Positions 10,105 through 19,604 of a stretch of DNA of 53,609 nucleotides are shown piece by piece. The stretch comes from Thermoanaerobaculales bacterium (GTDB lineage: Bacteria; Acidobacteriota; Thermoanaerobaculia; Thermoanaerobaculales; Sulfomarinibacteraceae), in contig JAIOSJ010000317.1 in assembly GCA_021107705.1 (NCBI GenBank), forward strand, positions 1 through 53,609, read 5' to 3'. Position 1 is the stretch's first letter, and each line of letters starts with the position of its first letter. The translations under genes were made by a program, and so were the position numbers. The notes beneath the pieces are model-generated. The model was given only the letters and a program-made list of their open reading frames with translations. It was not told the origin of the DNA and ran no database searches.

Positions 10105-12561
10105 TCAGTATTTCACGATTCGCGGCGTGATGAAGATGAGGAGTTCATCATGCCGAAGGTTATTCGCCTTTTGGCGGAAAAGATGGCCGAGGACCGGAAT
10201 TCTCCACAATCCCGGCACGCGGTTTTCTTGCTGCTGATCATCGATTTGGTAGATCCCTCCGATGACGGTTGTACCACCATCGCGGACAAGCAACTCAGTC
10301 TGAGCGTCCCGCGTCTGGATCGGAGCGTTGTTGCCTCCGGTGATCTGACCCGCCTGCAGCGGCTGCTGCTTACGAATATCGATCTCCAGATTAACGGTGC
10401 CTTCAGCGGTGATCTGGGGCGTAACCTCGAGCTTCAGGGTCGCGTCAACATACGTCACGGTAACGGTGTTGTTGGCGATGGTCTGTACCGGAATCTGCAG
10501 TCCGGAACGGATAGAAGCTGTCTTGAGGTTCTGCGTAGTCACCCGAGGAGTACTGACGATCTTGGCATCGCCTTGGCTTTCGGCTGCGGCCAGCAAAAAG
10601 TCGAGGTTGAAGGTGTTCAGAATGTCGGCAAAGGTGAAGGCAAGAAGCGCGTTCTGGCCGGCGCCCTGGAGATTGACAGCACCGTCTGCGGTCACTGAAT
10701 TCGGAAAACGGAGGCCGGTATCATTCCCATGCTCGGCATCCATCACGCCGGAGAATCCCCAGCTCACACCGAGTTCCTGGGAAAATGACCGGGTTGTTTC
10801 AACGATCCGACCCTCGATCAACACCTGCGGTGTCGGTTGGTCAAGCGTCTCGATCAGACGAAGAATGCCCTCGACTCGATCGATGGTGTCACGAATGATC
10901 AGCGTGTTGGTCCGATCGTCCACCACAACCGATCCACGCTCGGACATCAAATAGGAGTCCCCGGAAAGCAAAGATTTAACGTCCTGCGACTTCGCGTAGG
11001 ACACGGGTTTGACCACAGTTTTCAACGGTAGGGCCGTTTCCTGCTCCGCGAGATACCGAGCGCGTTCGTTTTTCTCGGCAATGAGCTTTCTCACCGTAGA
11101 GACCCGCAGTACGCTGTTCTCAAGCAGGTAGTCAAGACCGTTGATGCGCAAGATCAAGTCCAACGCCTGATCCCACGGCACATCCCGAAGCTCAACGGTG
11201 ACCGAACCTTGTACCTCTGGGTCGATCACAATGTTCAGCCGAGTCAAGGCCGAAAAGGTCTTGAGAACGTCCTTGATGTCGGCATCCTTGAGGGTCAAGC
11301 TGATGGGATCACCGGTGAACTGGACCTCATCGGTATCGACCTCGGTCGACTCGTAGGTGTTCGATCCCGACGCCACGTCGAATTCTTGAGCGGCCGCCGC
11401 TTCCTCGATCAGTTGAGATGGGTCAGCAACCCAGGGATTACGTTCCGGTAATTCCACGGCCTCTTCGAAAATGGCTGTGACCTGTGATGGACCTGGGATC
11501 TCCGCCGCCACCGGCACATTGTCCGGGAACTCGAAAATACTCGAATCCAGCGAGTCCGCGGTCCTTTCCGAAGGGTCGGAATCCGGAATATTGGTGATGA
11601 CCGGAATCTCCCCAGTAACAACCGAAACCTGGCTGGCTGCGTTGATATTGGTAATTGTCGGGCTACCCGAAGGCGGTTGGTTCGCTACCGAAGCGCCGCT
11701 GGTGCTTCCCACATACAACAACGCACCATCGGCGGTTGATTTCAGTTCGAAGTCCGCAGGGCCCTCAAGATCGACAACCAATCTGGTGACCGGAATCGGG
11801 CGGGCCTGATGCTGCGCCACCCGAACCTGGCGAACCAGGGTTGAATGGACAGGGTAGACATAGCGCTCAACCCTATTGACGACACCTTCGAGATCGACGA
11901 CGAGACGATCTGGAGAAGGCAACGTAAAGGAACGCCCCTGGAGAGCGGCCCCACCGATGAGTCTCACCACAGCGCCTTCACCGCTGCGAGTCACCTCCAC
12001 CGCCGTTAGGTCGGCAGATTGGGCGACGGCGGCTTCTGCGTGAGCCGGCTCGACCCGCTCCCGAGCGACAACCGCCGGAAGCTCCGCCAGGTCCGTCGGC
12101 GCCGGTTCAACGACGACCCCTACGGCCTGAGGTGCTCCGCTTTCCGAAACACTGAGGTCCAGAAAGGCGAATCGAAGTGTGATTCCCTGGTCAGTTGCAG
12201 CCAAATCGAGCCGGGCCGGCTCGGCGAGTCGCACCAAGAGGCGGGAGTGGTGCTTACCGAACTCTTCGACATGACTCAATTCTGCGGCCTCGATCCCGAT
12301 TGCGGGATCACTCAGCATCGCCAGCGAATCACTCCAAGTGGCCTCGGGCATCTCGACAATCCACACGCCGGGCTGCGGCGAATAGTGAACCGTCTCCAAA
12401 CCATCGGTAGCCCAGAGGTGGATGATCGGACCCTGGCTTCCACTTTCGGCAACCATATCCCGGACAACCGGGACAGGATCTGCCGAAGAGACGCCGGAAC
12501 CGATCCCCAGCACCACGAGTCCGACCGCGACCACCAGGATGCGGACGTTCTTGCTCATCAT
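10105..12561 (-). CDS. pilQ: Type IVa pilus secretin with AMIN domains
   Basis: Signal peptide, AMIN-like PDRLVVDL, ISLTLKDADIKDVL, VPWDQAL, QVLIEGRIVE, DGGTTVIGGI and ELLIFITPRI. Start at 12561 preferred over 12579. Confidence 0.96.
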   Translation of the reverse strand: MMSKNVRILVVAVGLVVLGIGSGVSSADPVPVVRDMVAESGSQGPIIHLWATDGLETVHYSPQPGVWIVEMPEATWSDSLAMLSDPAIGIEAAELSHVEEFGKHHSRLLVRLAEPARLDLAATDQGITLRFAFLDLSVSESGAPQAVGVVVEPAPTDLAELPAVVARERVEPAHAEAAVAQSADLTAVEVTRSGEGAVVRLIGGAALQGRSFTLPSPDRLVVDLEGVVNRVERYVYPVHSTLVRQVRVAQHQARPIPVTRLVVDLEGPADFELKSTADGALLYVGSTSGASVANQPPSGSPTITNINAASQVSVVTGEIPVITNIPDSDPSERTADSLDSSIFEFPDNVPVAAEIPGPSQVTAIFEEAVELPERNPWVADPSQLIEEAAAAQEFDVASGSNTYESTEVDTDEVQFTGDPISLTLKDADIKDVLKTFSALTRLNIVIDPEVQGSVTVELRDVPWDQALDLILRINGLDYLLENSVLRVSTVRKLIAEKNERARYLAEQETALPLKTVVKPVSYAKSQDVKSLLSGDSYLMSERGSVVVDDRTNTLIIRDTIDRVEGILRLIETLDQPTPQVLIEGRIVETTRSFSQELGVSWGFSGVMDAEHGNDTGLRFPNSVTADGAVNLQGAGQNALLAFTFADILNTFNLDFLLAAAESQGDAKIVSTPRVTTQNLKTASIRSGLQIPVQTIANNTVTVTYVDATLKLEVTPQITAEGTVNLEIDIRKQQPLQAGQITGGNNAPIQTRDAQTELLVRDGGTTVIGGIYQIDDQQQENRVPGLWRIPVLGHLFRQKANNLRHDELLIFITPRIVKY

Positions 12562-12590
12562 GCCATCCCCCAATTCCATCCTTACTCCAC

Positions 12591-13118
12591 CTAATCCGAA
12601 AGCTTCCGAACGACCTCTTCATAGGGCCGCACTTGCTTTGGATCATTTACTTGTTGACGGAAAACCACCCTGTCCAGCTGAATTTCTTTAACTTCACCAT
12701 TGAAGAGAGCCGTACCGGGGCGAATGATATACGAAATGTTGTCACGACCCAGAACAAAGGCCAGAATTCCGGTCGGTGCTTCGATGATCCCTTCGAGGAC
12801 CAACTCTTCGACCATCATTCCCGGAAGACCTGGCGGACGAACCCGCGCGGCTTCATCGTCCTCAGCTTCAAGACCCAGTAGGAGAGAGCGGAAGGGGTCT
12901 CTCCGGCCAGTCGGGTCATACCCTGCAAACTCACCCTGTCGCACTTCCCGGTCACCACGCAGGATCTGATCGATACGGGAAACATCGACTTTTTCAGCCT
13001 CTTGGAGCACCTCGGCGTCATCGAGAATGTTTTCTTCTTCCTGAGCCATCGCCACCGGCGCAAGGACCAAGAGAAACGCGACCGCCAAGCACCACGGACC
13101 GAACGTCTTTTTCATCAT
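12591..13118 (-). CDS. pilP: Type IVa pilus assembly protein PilP-like
   Basis: YDPTGRRDPF motif and C-terminal HR-domain pattern (LEGII...G.VKEI); located between pilO and pilQ. Confidence 0.8.
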   Translation of the reverse strand: MMKKTFGPWCLAVAFLLVLAPVAMAQEEENILDDAEVLQEAEKVDVSRIDQILRGDREVRQGEFAGYDPTGRRDPFRSLLLGLEAEDDEAARVRPPGLPGMMVEELVLEGIIEAPTGILAFVLGRDNISYIIRPGTALFNGEVKEIQLDRVVFRQQVNDPKQVRPYEEVVRKLSD

Positions 13119-13690
13119 GGCGTCCCCCCCGTATCTTCCTTGTAAATGAAGGTTCGCTGGGTGAAGGATGCCTTGATGGTGTAGGAACCGCCCTTTTTGG
13201 ACATCGGTTTGACGCTCAGCTCATCGACGTTGATGATCCGGGAGAAGCGACTCAAACGATCGAAGAAGCGGCCCAATTCGTGGTAGGTCCCGTCAAGCTC
13301 GACCTTGATCGGCCATTCGTAATAATAATCACGGTCCTCAAAAGCGCCGGGAATAAACCGAACGAGCCTGAAGGAACCGAGTTCATTCAGTTGTTTGAGG
13401 CGCTTGATCAAGGTCGGCGTCTCTTTCTCAGTCGGCAAGATCCTCGTCAGACGATCCAGTTCCAGTCGGTAGTTTCGAATCTCTTCCTCAAGCTTGGGAA
13501 GATCGGCCTTGGCCTGGCGGCCCTTTTCGATTTCTCGCTCCAGACCGTCAATCTTTCCCTGCAGGTCAACGATTTTGGTCTGCATTTCCTTGAAGAAGTA
13601 CGTATGCATCACGAAGAAAATCACAACACCGAGGACCACGCCGACAATGAGCGGCACGTACCAGGGCTTGTCGTTGAGATCGATCGCCAT
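13115..13690 (-). CDS. pilO: Type IVa pilus assembly protein PilO
   Basis: Single TM, coiled coil, LPTEKE and GTYHELGRFFDRLSRFSRIINV. Confidence 0.93.
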   Translation of the reverse strand: MAIDLNDKPWYVPLIVGVVLGVVIFFVMHTYFFKEMQTKIVDLQGKIDGLEREIEKGRQAKADLPKLEEEIRNYRLELDRLTRILPTEKETPTLIKRLKQLNELGSFRLVRFIPGAFEDRDYYYEWPIKVELDGTYHELGRFFDRLSRFSRIINVDELSVKPMSKKGGSYTIKASFTQRTFIYKEDTGGTP

Positions 13691-13711
13691 GGTCTCTGTT
13701 CCCTCCCGTCC

Positions 13712-14311
13712 TCAGCTCGCGGTCGCACCCTGAACGGATGCGATCCCAGAAGGCGAATAGGTGAAATTACACTCGAGTTTGAAACTGAAGGAGTCTTGCT
13801 TGGCACGCTGCATGTTCACCAAGGTCGGCTCCGCAAAAAAGGGCGATGCGTGAAGGTTCGAAATATAGGTAGCGATCGCATTCTCGTCGAGCGCCATTCC
13901 ATTCAATGTCAGATGTGTGCCCTTGAAGGTCAACGACGTAAACCAAACCAGATCCGGAAGCGTCTTGGAGATTTCATCCAGGATCCGAACCGGCCCCTGT
14001 TGCTTCTCTTTGAGTTGGCGAATGGTGTCGATCTTGGTCCGAAGCTGCTCCCGCTTGGTTTCGAGTTCCACGACCTTGTCGATGTACTGCTGCAGATCAT
14101 CCCGCTCAGCGCGACGCACCGCCTCAGTTGCTCTCAAGCTGTTGACTTCACTGTTGAGCAGAAACCATCGAGCACCGGTGACCAGCAGCGCAACCGCCAA
14201 CACCGCCAGAAGAATGATGTCGCCTTGCTTGGCGCCGAGTGAGATCCCGGGCCCTTTTCGTCTGGTTGCGGCGACTGTAGGCTCATCGGAAATTAGGTTG
14301 ATTTTGATCAT
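13712..14311 (-). CDS. pilN: Type IVa pilus assembly protein PilN
   Basis: MIKINL PilM-binding motif, TM, coiled coil, LPDLVW. Confidence 0.92.
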   Translation of the reverse strand: MIKINLISDEPTVAATRRKGPGISLGAKQGDIILLAVLAVALLVTGARWFLLNSEVNSLRATEAVRRAERDDLQQYIDKVVELETKREQLRTKIDTIRQLKEKQQGPVRILDEISKTLPDLVWFTSLTFKGTHLTLNGMALDENAIATYISNLHASPFFAEPTLVNMQRAKQDSFSFKLECNFTYSPSGIASVQGATAS

Positions 14312-14315
14312 TTCC

Positions 14316-15368
14316 TTAATCTCCGACTGTCCGGACCGCCAGGCCGACAGCCACCGTCATGGCAGAGGCATTCCGGCTGATCCACTCGGGATCAAAGTCC
14401 GACTCGCTGTAACGAATGTTTCGAAATGGATTCAGAATCTCAACATCGGCCTGAAATCGCTCCTTGATGACTTCGTCCAGGTTCACGGTCTTCGAAGCGC
14501 CCCCGGAGAGCACGATCCGCTCGACCCGATCCACCGCCGAGGTCGCCAAGAAAAATTTGATGGTCTTGTCCAACTCGGAGGCGAGGTCCTCGGAAACACT
14601 GTTCAAAACCCCAAGAACCTGCTGGAGACTGTGGTCTTCGACTCGATCGCCGAGCTTCAGTCGCTCGGCATCCTCGCGCGGGAGATTGAGTTCCCTTTGA
14701 ATGGCCTCGGTGTATTGATTGCCGGCGAACGCAACATCCCGCCAGAAAATAGAGGCGCCATTGTGCAAAATGCTGATGTTCATCACCGAGGCGCCGATGT
14801 TCACCAGCGCGATGGTCTCCGGGTCGAGACCATAATTGATCTCGAAGGCATTCTGAACCGCAAATACATCGACATCGACAAGCACCGGTTGCCGACCGGC
14901 CTGAACGATCACCGAGGTGTAATCGGCGATACGATCGTTCTTCACAGCCACCAGCAGGACATCCATGTTTTCGCCGCCCCCGCCGTCGTCGAGAATCTGA
15001 TAGTCAAGATTCACATCATTGATGTCGAAAGGGATGTACTGCTCGGCCTCCCACTGGATGCTCTCCGCCAGCTCTTCTTGACTCATGGTCGGCAACTCGA
15101 TCTTCTTGATGATCACGGAGTGGCCCGAGAGAGATCCCCCAAAGTTCTGATTCTGGACTCCGTTCTCGGAGATCAATCGGGAAACCGCCTCCACAACCAG
15201 CGAGGAGTCCATGATCGCTCCGTCCACGATGGCCTCGGGAGAAAGCTCTGCGATGGCCGCGTGCTGGAGCTGAAATTCTCCGTTCTTCAGTGGCTTGAGT
15301 TCCACAAGCTTCACTGCAGACGTTCCCACATCGCAGCCGACAACCTGTTTTTTACGTTTTCCAAACAC
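14316..15368 (-). CDS. pilM: Type IVa pilus assembly protein PilM
   Basis: VGCDVGTSAVKLVEL, WEAEQYIPF, VNIGA and LSGG actin-like motifs; GTG start. Confidence 0.96.
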   Translation of the reverse strand: MFGKRKKQVVGCDVGTSAVKLVELKPLKNGEFQLQHAAIAELSPEAIVDGAIMDSSLVVEAVSRLISENGVQNQNFGGSLSGHSVIIKKIELPTMSQEELAESIQWEAEQYIPFDINDVNLDYQILDDGGGGENMDVLLVAVKNDRIADYTSVIVQAGRQPVLVDVDVFAVQNAFEINYGLDPETIALVNIGASVMNISILHNGASIFWRDVAFAGNQYTEAIQRELNLPREDAERLKLGDRVEDHSLQQVLGVLNSVSEDLASELDKTIKFFLATSAVDRVERIVLSGGASKTVNLDEVIKERFQADVEILNPFRNIRYSESDFDPEWISRNASAMTVAVGLAVRTVGD

Positions 15369-15425
15369 GGTTTAAACCCTCACTCCGACGGTTTCGTAAT
15401 AGTAGACCATGTCTCCTCTGAATCG

Positions 15426-15454
15426 AGGCTACCAAGGGTCTCTACTACTGTCAA
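15426..15454 (-). promoter_or_regulatory. Putative sigma70 promoter of the pilMNOPQ operon
   Basis: Minus strand TTGACA-N17-TAGCCT with an extended TG, about 60 nt upstream of pilM. Confidence 0.65.
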
Positions 15455-15532
15455 GAACTTGTACTCCAGCAATATAGCTCTTGTGCGGTCCGTCACAACC
15501 CGCCCACGATGTCATTCGGCGGTCGGGCACGA

Positions 15533-15564
15533 CAAAACGCCGCGAGTCCGGAAGGTCGCGGTGC
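15533..15564 (-). terminator. Probable intrinsic terminator of rpmB
   Basis: Minus strand CCGCGA-loop-TCGCGG stem followed by CGTTTTGT. Confidence 0.55.
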
Positions 15565-15586
15565 ACAGGAAATCTGAAATGTGGGT

Positions 15587-15773
15587 CCAGCCGTAATATC
15601 CCACCGAGCTTCGTAACGAAGGCGACAAAGAGTAGTTAGATATTGCGTTTTTCGGAAATCGGGCGACATAGTCGCAGGATCACTCCGTCGAGGAGAACGA
15701 TGTGCGAAAAGTACAACAGATGACTGCCAGGAGCCACCCGCAGTAGACAACTGGTGAGATTATGTGGGGCTAG
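15587..15773. mobile_element. MITE-like dispersed repeat, family A, copy 1
   Basis: Colinear similarity over about 160 bp with 25636-25817; imperfect terminal inverted repeats (..CCCACC / GGTGAGA..GGGCTAG); terminal CTAG overlaps the rpmB stop codon. Confidence 0.8.
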
Positions 15774-15967
15774 ATTCGCGGGGCTTTAATGACGTTTCCC
15801 GACCGAATGCAACGGGTGCAAGCCTTCACGTACTTGGGCGCACCGTCAATCATTGCACGTACGCGCTGCAGATTGGGCAACCACCGCCGCTTGGAGAGGT
15901 TGTGAGCGTGGGAAATTTTGTGGCCCGTGATCGGACCCTTGCCGCAGATATCACATCGCTGCGCCAT
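15770..15967 (-). CDS. rpmB: 50S ribosomal protein L28 (Zn-ribbon type)
   Basis: MAQRCDICGK..GHKISHAHNLSKRRWLPNLQ..CTRCIRSG; RBS GAGGAGG before the ATG at 15967. Confidence 0.97.
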   Translation of the reverse strand: MAQRCDICGKGPITGHKISHAHNLSKRRWLPNLQRVRAMIDGAPKYVKACTRCIRSGNVIKAPRI

Positions 15968-16085
15968 GGTAGTCGTCCTCCTCAGCCCCGAAACCGGGGC
16001 CAGCTTTAATACCACAGACGTGACGAGGAGTCAAAGAAACAGGGCCAAAAAATCGCGATTCTCCATCTATTGTGACAACTGAGCG

Positions 16086-18287
16086 TCAGGTGCGACTCCG
16101 CCCGATGCGACGCTCCACCCCGATCATTCCCTTCAAGGTGTCGAGATGATCCATGATCCGTTTGAGATGATCCGCGTCCTTGACGACCACGGTCACGGAG
16201 GCACAACCGGTCTCCCTCTCGGTATCCGTCCGAAGCTGGCAGGAAACGATATCCGACCCTTCAGCGGTAACCGTATGAGAAATCGAAGTGAGCATTCCGG
16301 AGCTGTCACGGAAGACCATGTCGAGTTCAACGTGAGAACGCGCCCTGTCCCCGCTCCCCACCGAGGCGGCCCAGCAGACCTCGATCTCCCTTTCCGGGTG
16401 ATAGAGCAGGTTCTTCACGTTCGGACACGATCGTGCATGGACGGCGACACCCTTCCCTCGGGTGACGTACCCGACGATGTCCTCACCCCGAACGGGAGTA
16501 CAACACTGGGCAACATAGACCAGAAAACCGGAGTCGCCGGTTACCTCGAGGGCGCCACTAATGCTCTCGCCGGCCCCGCTCGAAGCAACCCGGCCTTTAT
16601 CGGGAGGTTGGAGTTCATCCTCCGTCGGCTCTTCCCCGGGAACAATCTGAAGGGCGATCACCTGGGCCGAAAGGCGACCAAAACCCAGGGCGGCGAAGAG
16701 ATCCTCTTCGCGCGACAATCCATGGCCGGTGAGGGCGGCTTTCATTTCATCAGAGCCCAACACCCGTTTCAGTCCGGCACCCTGCCTCCGCACTTCCTTC
16801 TCCAGCAACTTTCGGCCGATTTCGACGGCGCGAACCTTTTCTTCTCGTTTGAGAAAGGACCTGATTTTCGACCGCGCCTTGTTGGTCCCCACCAGGCTCA
16901 GCCAATCGTGGTGAGGAGATTGTTGATTTGAGGTAGAGATATCGACGATGTCGCCATTCTTCAAGGGGGTCTTCAGTGGAACCCAACGACCATTCACCCG
17001 CCCACCGACACAGTGGTGTCCAACCTCGGTGTGGATGCGGTAAGCGAAGTCCAAGATCGTTGCCTCCCGGGGAAAAGACAGGACGTCACCCTTCGGCGTA
17101 AAGGCATAGACCTCGTCAGGATAGAGGTCAACCTTGAGAGAATCCAGGAACTCCCTCGGAGAACTCCCGCGGGAATTGTCGAGCAGGCTCCTCAGCCAGG
17201 AAATCCGCGAATCATCACTCGACGATTCGGAACCGTTTTCCTTGTAACTCCAATGCGCCGCGATGCCGAACTCCGCTATCTTGTGCATATCCATGGTGCG
17301 GATCTGAATCTCGAAAGGATGCGCCTCGGGACCGAGCACCGTGGTGTGCAGGCTCTGGTATGCGTTCGGTTTCGGAATTGCTATGTAATCTTTGATGCGG
17401 CCGGGCACCGGCGACCACTGTTGGTGGATCAACCCGAGAGCCGCGTAACACTCGGCAACCGAATCGACGATGATACGGAAGGCCAGAAAGTCAAACACGT
17501 TTGAAACGTCAATCCCCTGCGCCTTGAGTTTTCGATAGATGGAATAGTGGTGTTTGATCCTGCCCCGGATCTCCCCACTCAGCCCTTGTTCCTGGAGCAG
17601 AAAGGAAATCTCCTCCTGGAGTTTTGAGTACCAGCGCTCGGCCGCCGCGGCCCGTTCTTCAATCTCCGACTCGATCCGCTCGGCAGCTCGGGGATGAAGA
17701 TACTTGAAGCACAAATCCTCCAGCTCTCCCTTGATGCTTCCGATTCCAAGACGATTGGCGATCGGGGCGTAGATCTCCAACGTCTCCCGCGCGATGGCGA
17801 CCTGGCGTTCGGGCCTGAGGAAGCCCAGCGTACGCATGTTGTGGAGCCGGTCGGCCAACTTGACCAAGATGACCCGAACGTCATCAATGGAGGCAAAGAG
17901 CAATCGGCGAAAATTCTCGGCCTCGGTCTCTTCGCGCGTTGTATAGGAACTCTCATAGCTCGAGATCTTCGTAAGAGCAACCACCAACCGCGTCACATCA
18001 GAACCGAACTCGTCCTTCATCTCCTCTTCGGTGGCATCTGTGTCTTCGAGAATGTCATGGAGAAGTCCGGCTGCGATAGCAACCTCATCCAGCTCCATCT
18101 GCGCGAGGATCCAGGCCACGGTAAGGGGATGCACCAGGTAGGCCTCGCCCGATAAGCGAACCTGACCCTGATGCCTGGTGGCGGCAAAGACATAGGCGTG
18201 GCGGAGAAGATCCTCATCCATCTCCGGGCGATATTGCTCCACCCTGCTGACGATATCTTCAATACGAACCTTCGCTTCCGGACCCAT
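16086..18287 (-). CDS. rel: Bifunctional (p)ppGpp synthetase/hydrolase (long RSH)
   Basis: HD domain (H.GQ.R.SGE.Y..HP, LLHDILED), synthetase (KPNAYQSLHT, EIQIRT), TGS (FTPKG, DFAY.IHTEVG), CC motif and ACT domain. Confidence 0.97.
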   Translation of the reverse strand: MGPEAKVRIEDIVSRVEQYRPEMDEDLLRHAYVFAATRHQGQVRLSGEAYLVHPLTVAWILAQMELDEVAIAAGLLHDILEDTDATEEEMKDEFGSDVTRLVVALTKISSYESSYTTREETEAENFRRLLFASIDDVRVILVKLADRLHNMRTLGFLRPERQVAIARETLEIYAPIANRLGIGSIKGELEDLCFKYLHPRAAERIESEIEERAAAAERWYSKLQEEISFLLQEQGLSGEIRGRIKHHYSIYRKLKAQGIDVSNVFDFLAFRIIVDSVAECYAALGLIHQQWSPVPGRIKDYIAIPKPNAYQSLHTTVLGPEAHPFEIQIRTMDMHKIAEFGIAAHWSYKENGSESSSDDSRISWLRSLLDNSRGSSPREFLDSLKVDLYPDEVYAFTPKGDVLSFPREATILDFAYRIHTEVGHHCVGGRVNGRWVPLKTPLKNGDIVDISTSNQQSPHHDWLSLVGTNKARSKIRSFLKREEKVRAVEIGRKLLEKEVRRQGAGLKRVLGSDEMKAALTGHGLSREEDLFAALGFGRLSAQVIALQIVPGEEPTEDELQPPDKGRVASSGAGESISGALEVTGDSGFLVYVAQCCTPVRGEDIVGYVTRGKGVAVHARSCPNVKNLLYHPEREIEVCWAASVGSGDRARSHVELDMVFRDSSGMLTSISHTVTAEGSDIVSCQLRTDTERETGCASVTVVVKDADHLKRIMDHLDTLKGMIGVERRIGRSRT

Positions 18288-18372
18288 CTAACTATTGTAT
18301 TCGCCAGGTCAAGGGGGAGAAAGGCGTCCGCAGGGAGAGACAAAGAAGGACCCGGTCAGGAGTGACGCACAC

Positions 18373-18400
18373 AAAAACGCCCCGGACGAAGCCCGGGGCG
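18373..18400 (-). terminator. Intrinsic terminator after secF
   Basis: CGCCCCGG-N7-CCGGGGCG stem followed by TTTTT on the minus strand. Confidence 0.8.
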
Positions 18401-18423
18401 CAGCGATAACACTCGAATTCTGA

Positions 18424-19593
18424 TCAGCGGCGGCGTTTCCGACGACGCCTCGCCACGATCATCTTGTTGATCGCCAAGGCAACAGGCGAAGCAACAAAGA
18501 TCGACGAGTAGGTTCCGACGATAATGCCGATCAGCAAGACAAAGGCAAAGGTGTTGATCACGTCCCCACCGAAGAGATAGAGGGACAACACCACCATCAG
18601 CGTGGTGCCCGAGGTGATGAAGGTTCGGGACAACGTCTGGTTGATCGAGCCGTCCATCAGTTTTTCCAAATCCTCACCCCGGCGCAGGCGGAGGTTCTCC
18701 CGAACCCGGTCGAAAACCACTACGGTGTCATTCACCGAATATCCCACAAGGGTCAACAGAGCGGCGATCGTCGGCAGATTGATCTCTCGATGAGACAGGG
18801 CGAGAGCCGCCAAGGTGATCAAGACGTCATGAAACAAGGCTGCGACCGCCCCGATGCCATAAGGCAACTGGAAGCGAAGCCAGATGTAAGCCAACATACC
18901 GATGAGCGAGAAAAGGATGGCCAGTTTGGCCTTGCTCTGCAAATCGGCGCCCACCGTCGGCCCAACGCTCTCCGCACCGAGAAGGGCAAAATCGCCAACC
19001 CCGGAGATCTCCTTGATGAGATTCACGGTCTGCGGGTTCAGTCCCTCGACATCGTCGACTTCGTCAAGCGTCATGAACATGCCCTGCTTCTTGCGGTACT
19101 CCAGCACCAAACCGGCCTGAGTCCGGTAATACTCCGACAGACTCTCGAGGTCGCCGAGCACACCCTCGGGATCAGCCTCCGCCAACCGAGCCGTGAGTTC
19201 GGCCGAGCCCTGGGTATTCAAGTCGAAACGCCCCTCGAGACCCTGGTCATACTCTGTGTGAAGGCCGTCGAGGATGGGTTTGGTGAAATCACCCTCAAGA
19301 CCGCCGGGGTTCTCCAACCGAATCAGAACCTCATGCTTTTCGACCTCGTCGAAGCTCTGAATCTCCGGCGTTCCACCACTGATTTCGGACACCGCCCTGC
19401 GAAGACGATCCAGATCGGGCGCCTCGCGAAACTTCACCGTAACCTGGGTGCCGCCGACAAAGTCGATGCCCAGGTTGAGGCCAGGGCCAAAGAACATATA
19501 TGCCAAACCTGCCAGGATGATCAGGCCCGAAAAACTGAGGGCGATCTTCCTGTAGGAAAGGAACGGGATGTGAGTCTCTCCAATAATACGCAT
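18424..19593 (-). CDS. secF: Protein translocase subunit SecF, with an HhH-like insertion in the periplasmic domain
   Basis: LGIDFVGG, ESVGPTVG, ALFHD, GYSVNDTVVVFDRVRE, SINQTLSRT and GTYSSIF; ATG at 19593 with RBS GAGGA. Confidence 0.96.
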   Translation of the reverse strand: MRIIGETHIPFLSYRKIALSFSGLIILAGLAYMFFGPGLNLGIDFVGGTQVTVKFREAPDLDRLRRAVSEISGGTPEIQSFDEVEKHEVLIRLENPGGLEGDFTKPILDGLHTEYDQGLEGRFDLNTQGSAELTARLAEADPEGVLGDLESLSEYYRTQAGLVLEYRKKQGMFMTLDEVDDVEGLNPQTVNLIKEISGVGDFALLGAESVGPTVGADLQSKAKLAILFSLIGMLAYIWLRFQLPYGIGAVAALFHDVLITLAALALSHREINLPTIAALLTLVGYSVNDTVVVFDRVRENLRLRRGEDLEKLMDGSINQTLSRTFITSGTTLMVVLSLYLFGGDVINTFAFVLLIGIIVGTYSSIFVASPVALAINKMIVARRRRKRRR

Positions 19594-19604
19594 AATTTCC
19601 TCGC

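Noticed and set aside
15369-15590. c-di-GMP riboswitch upstream of pilM
   Set aside because: No GEMM core motifs recognised; the hairpin present is better explained as the rpmB terminator.
13917-15596. 559-aa plus-strand ORF
   Set aside because: Antisense shadow of pilN/pilM, typical of GC-rich coding DNA; no recognisable motifs.
15493-15750. Similar short ORFs at 15493-15750 and 25647-25859 (VVLFAxRSPRRS)
   Set aside because: The similarity comes from the shared MITE; starts and ends differ and there is no RBS.
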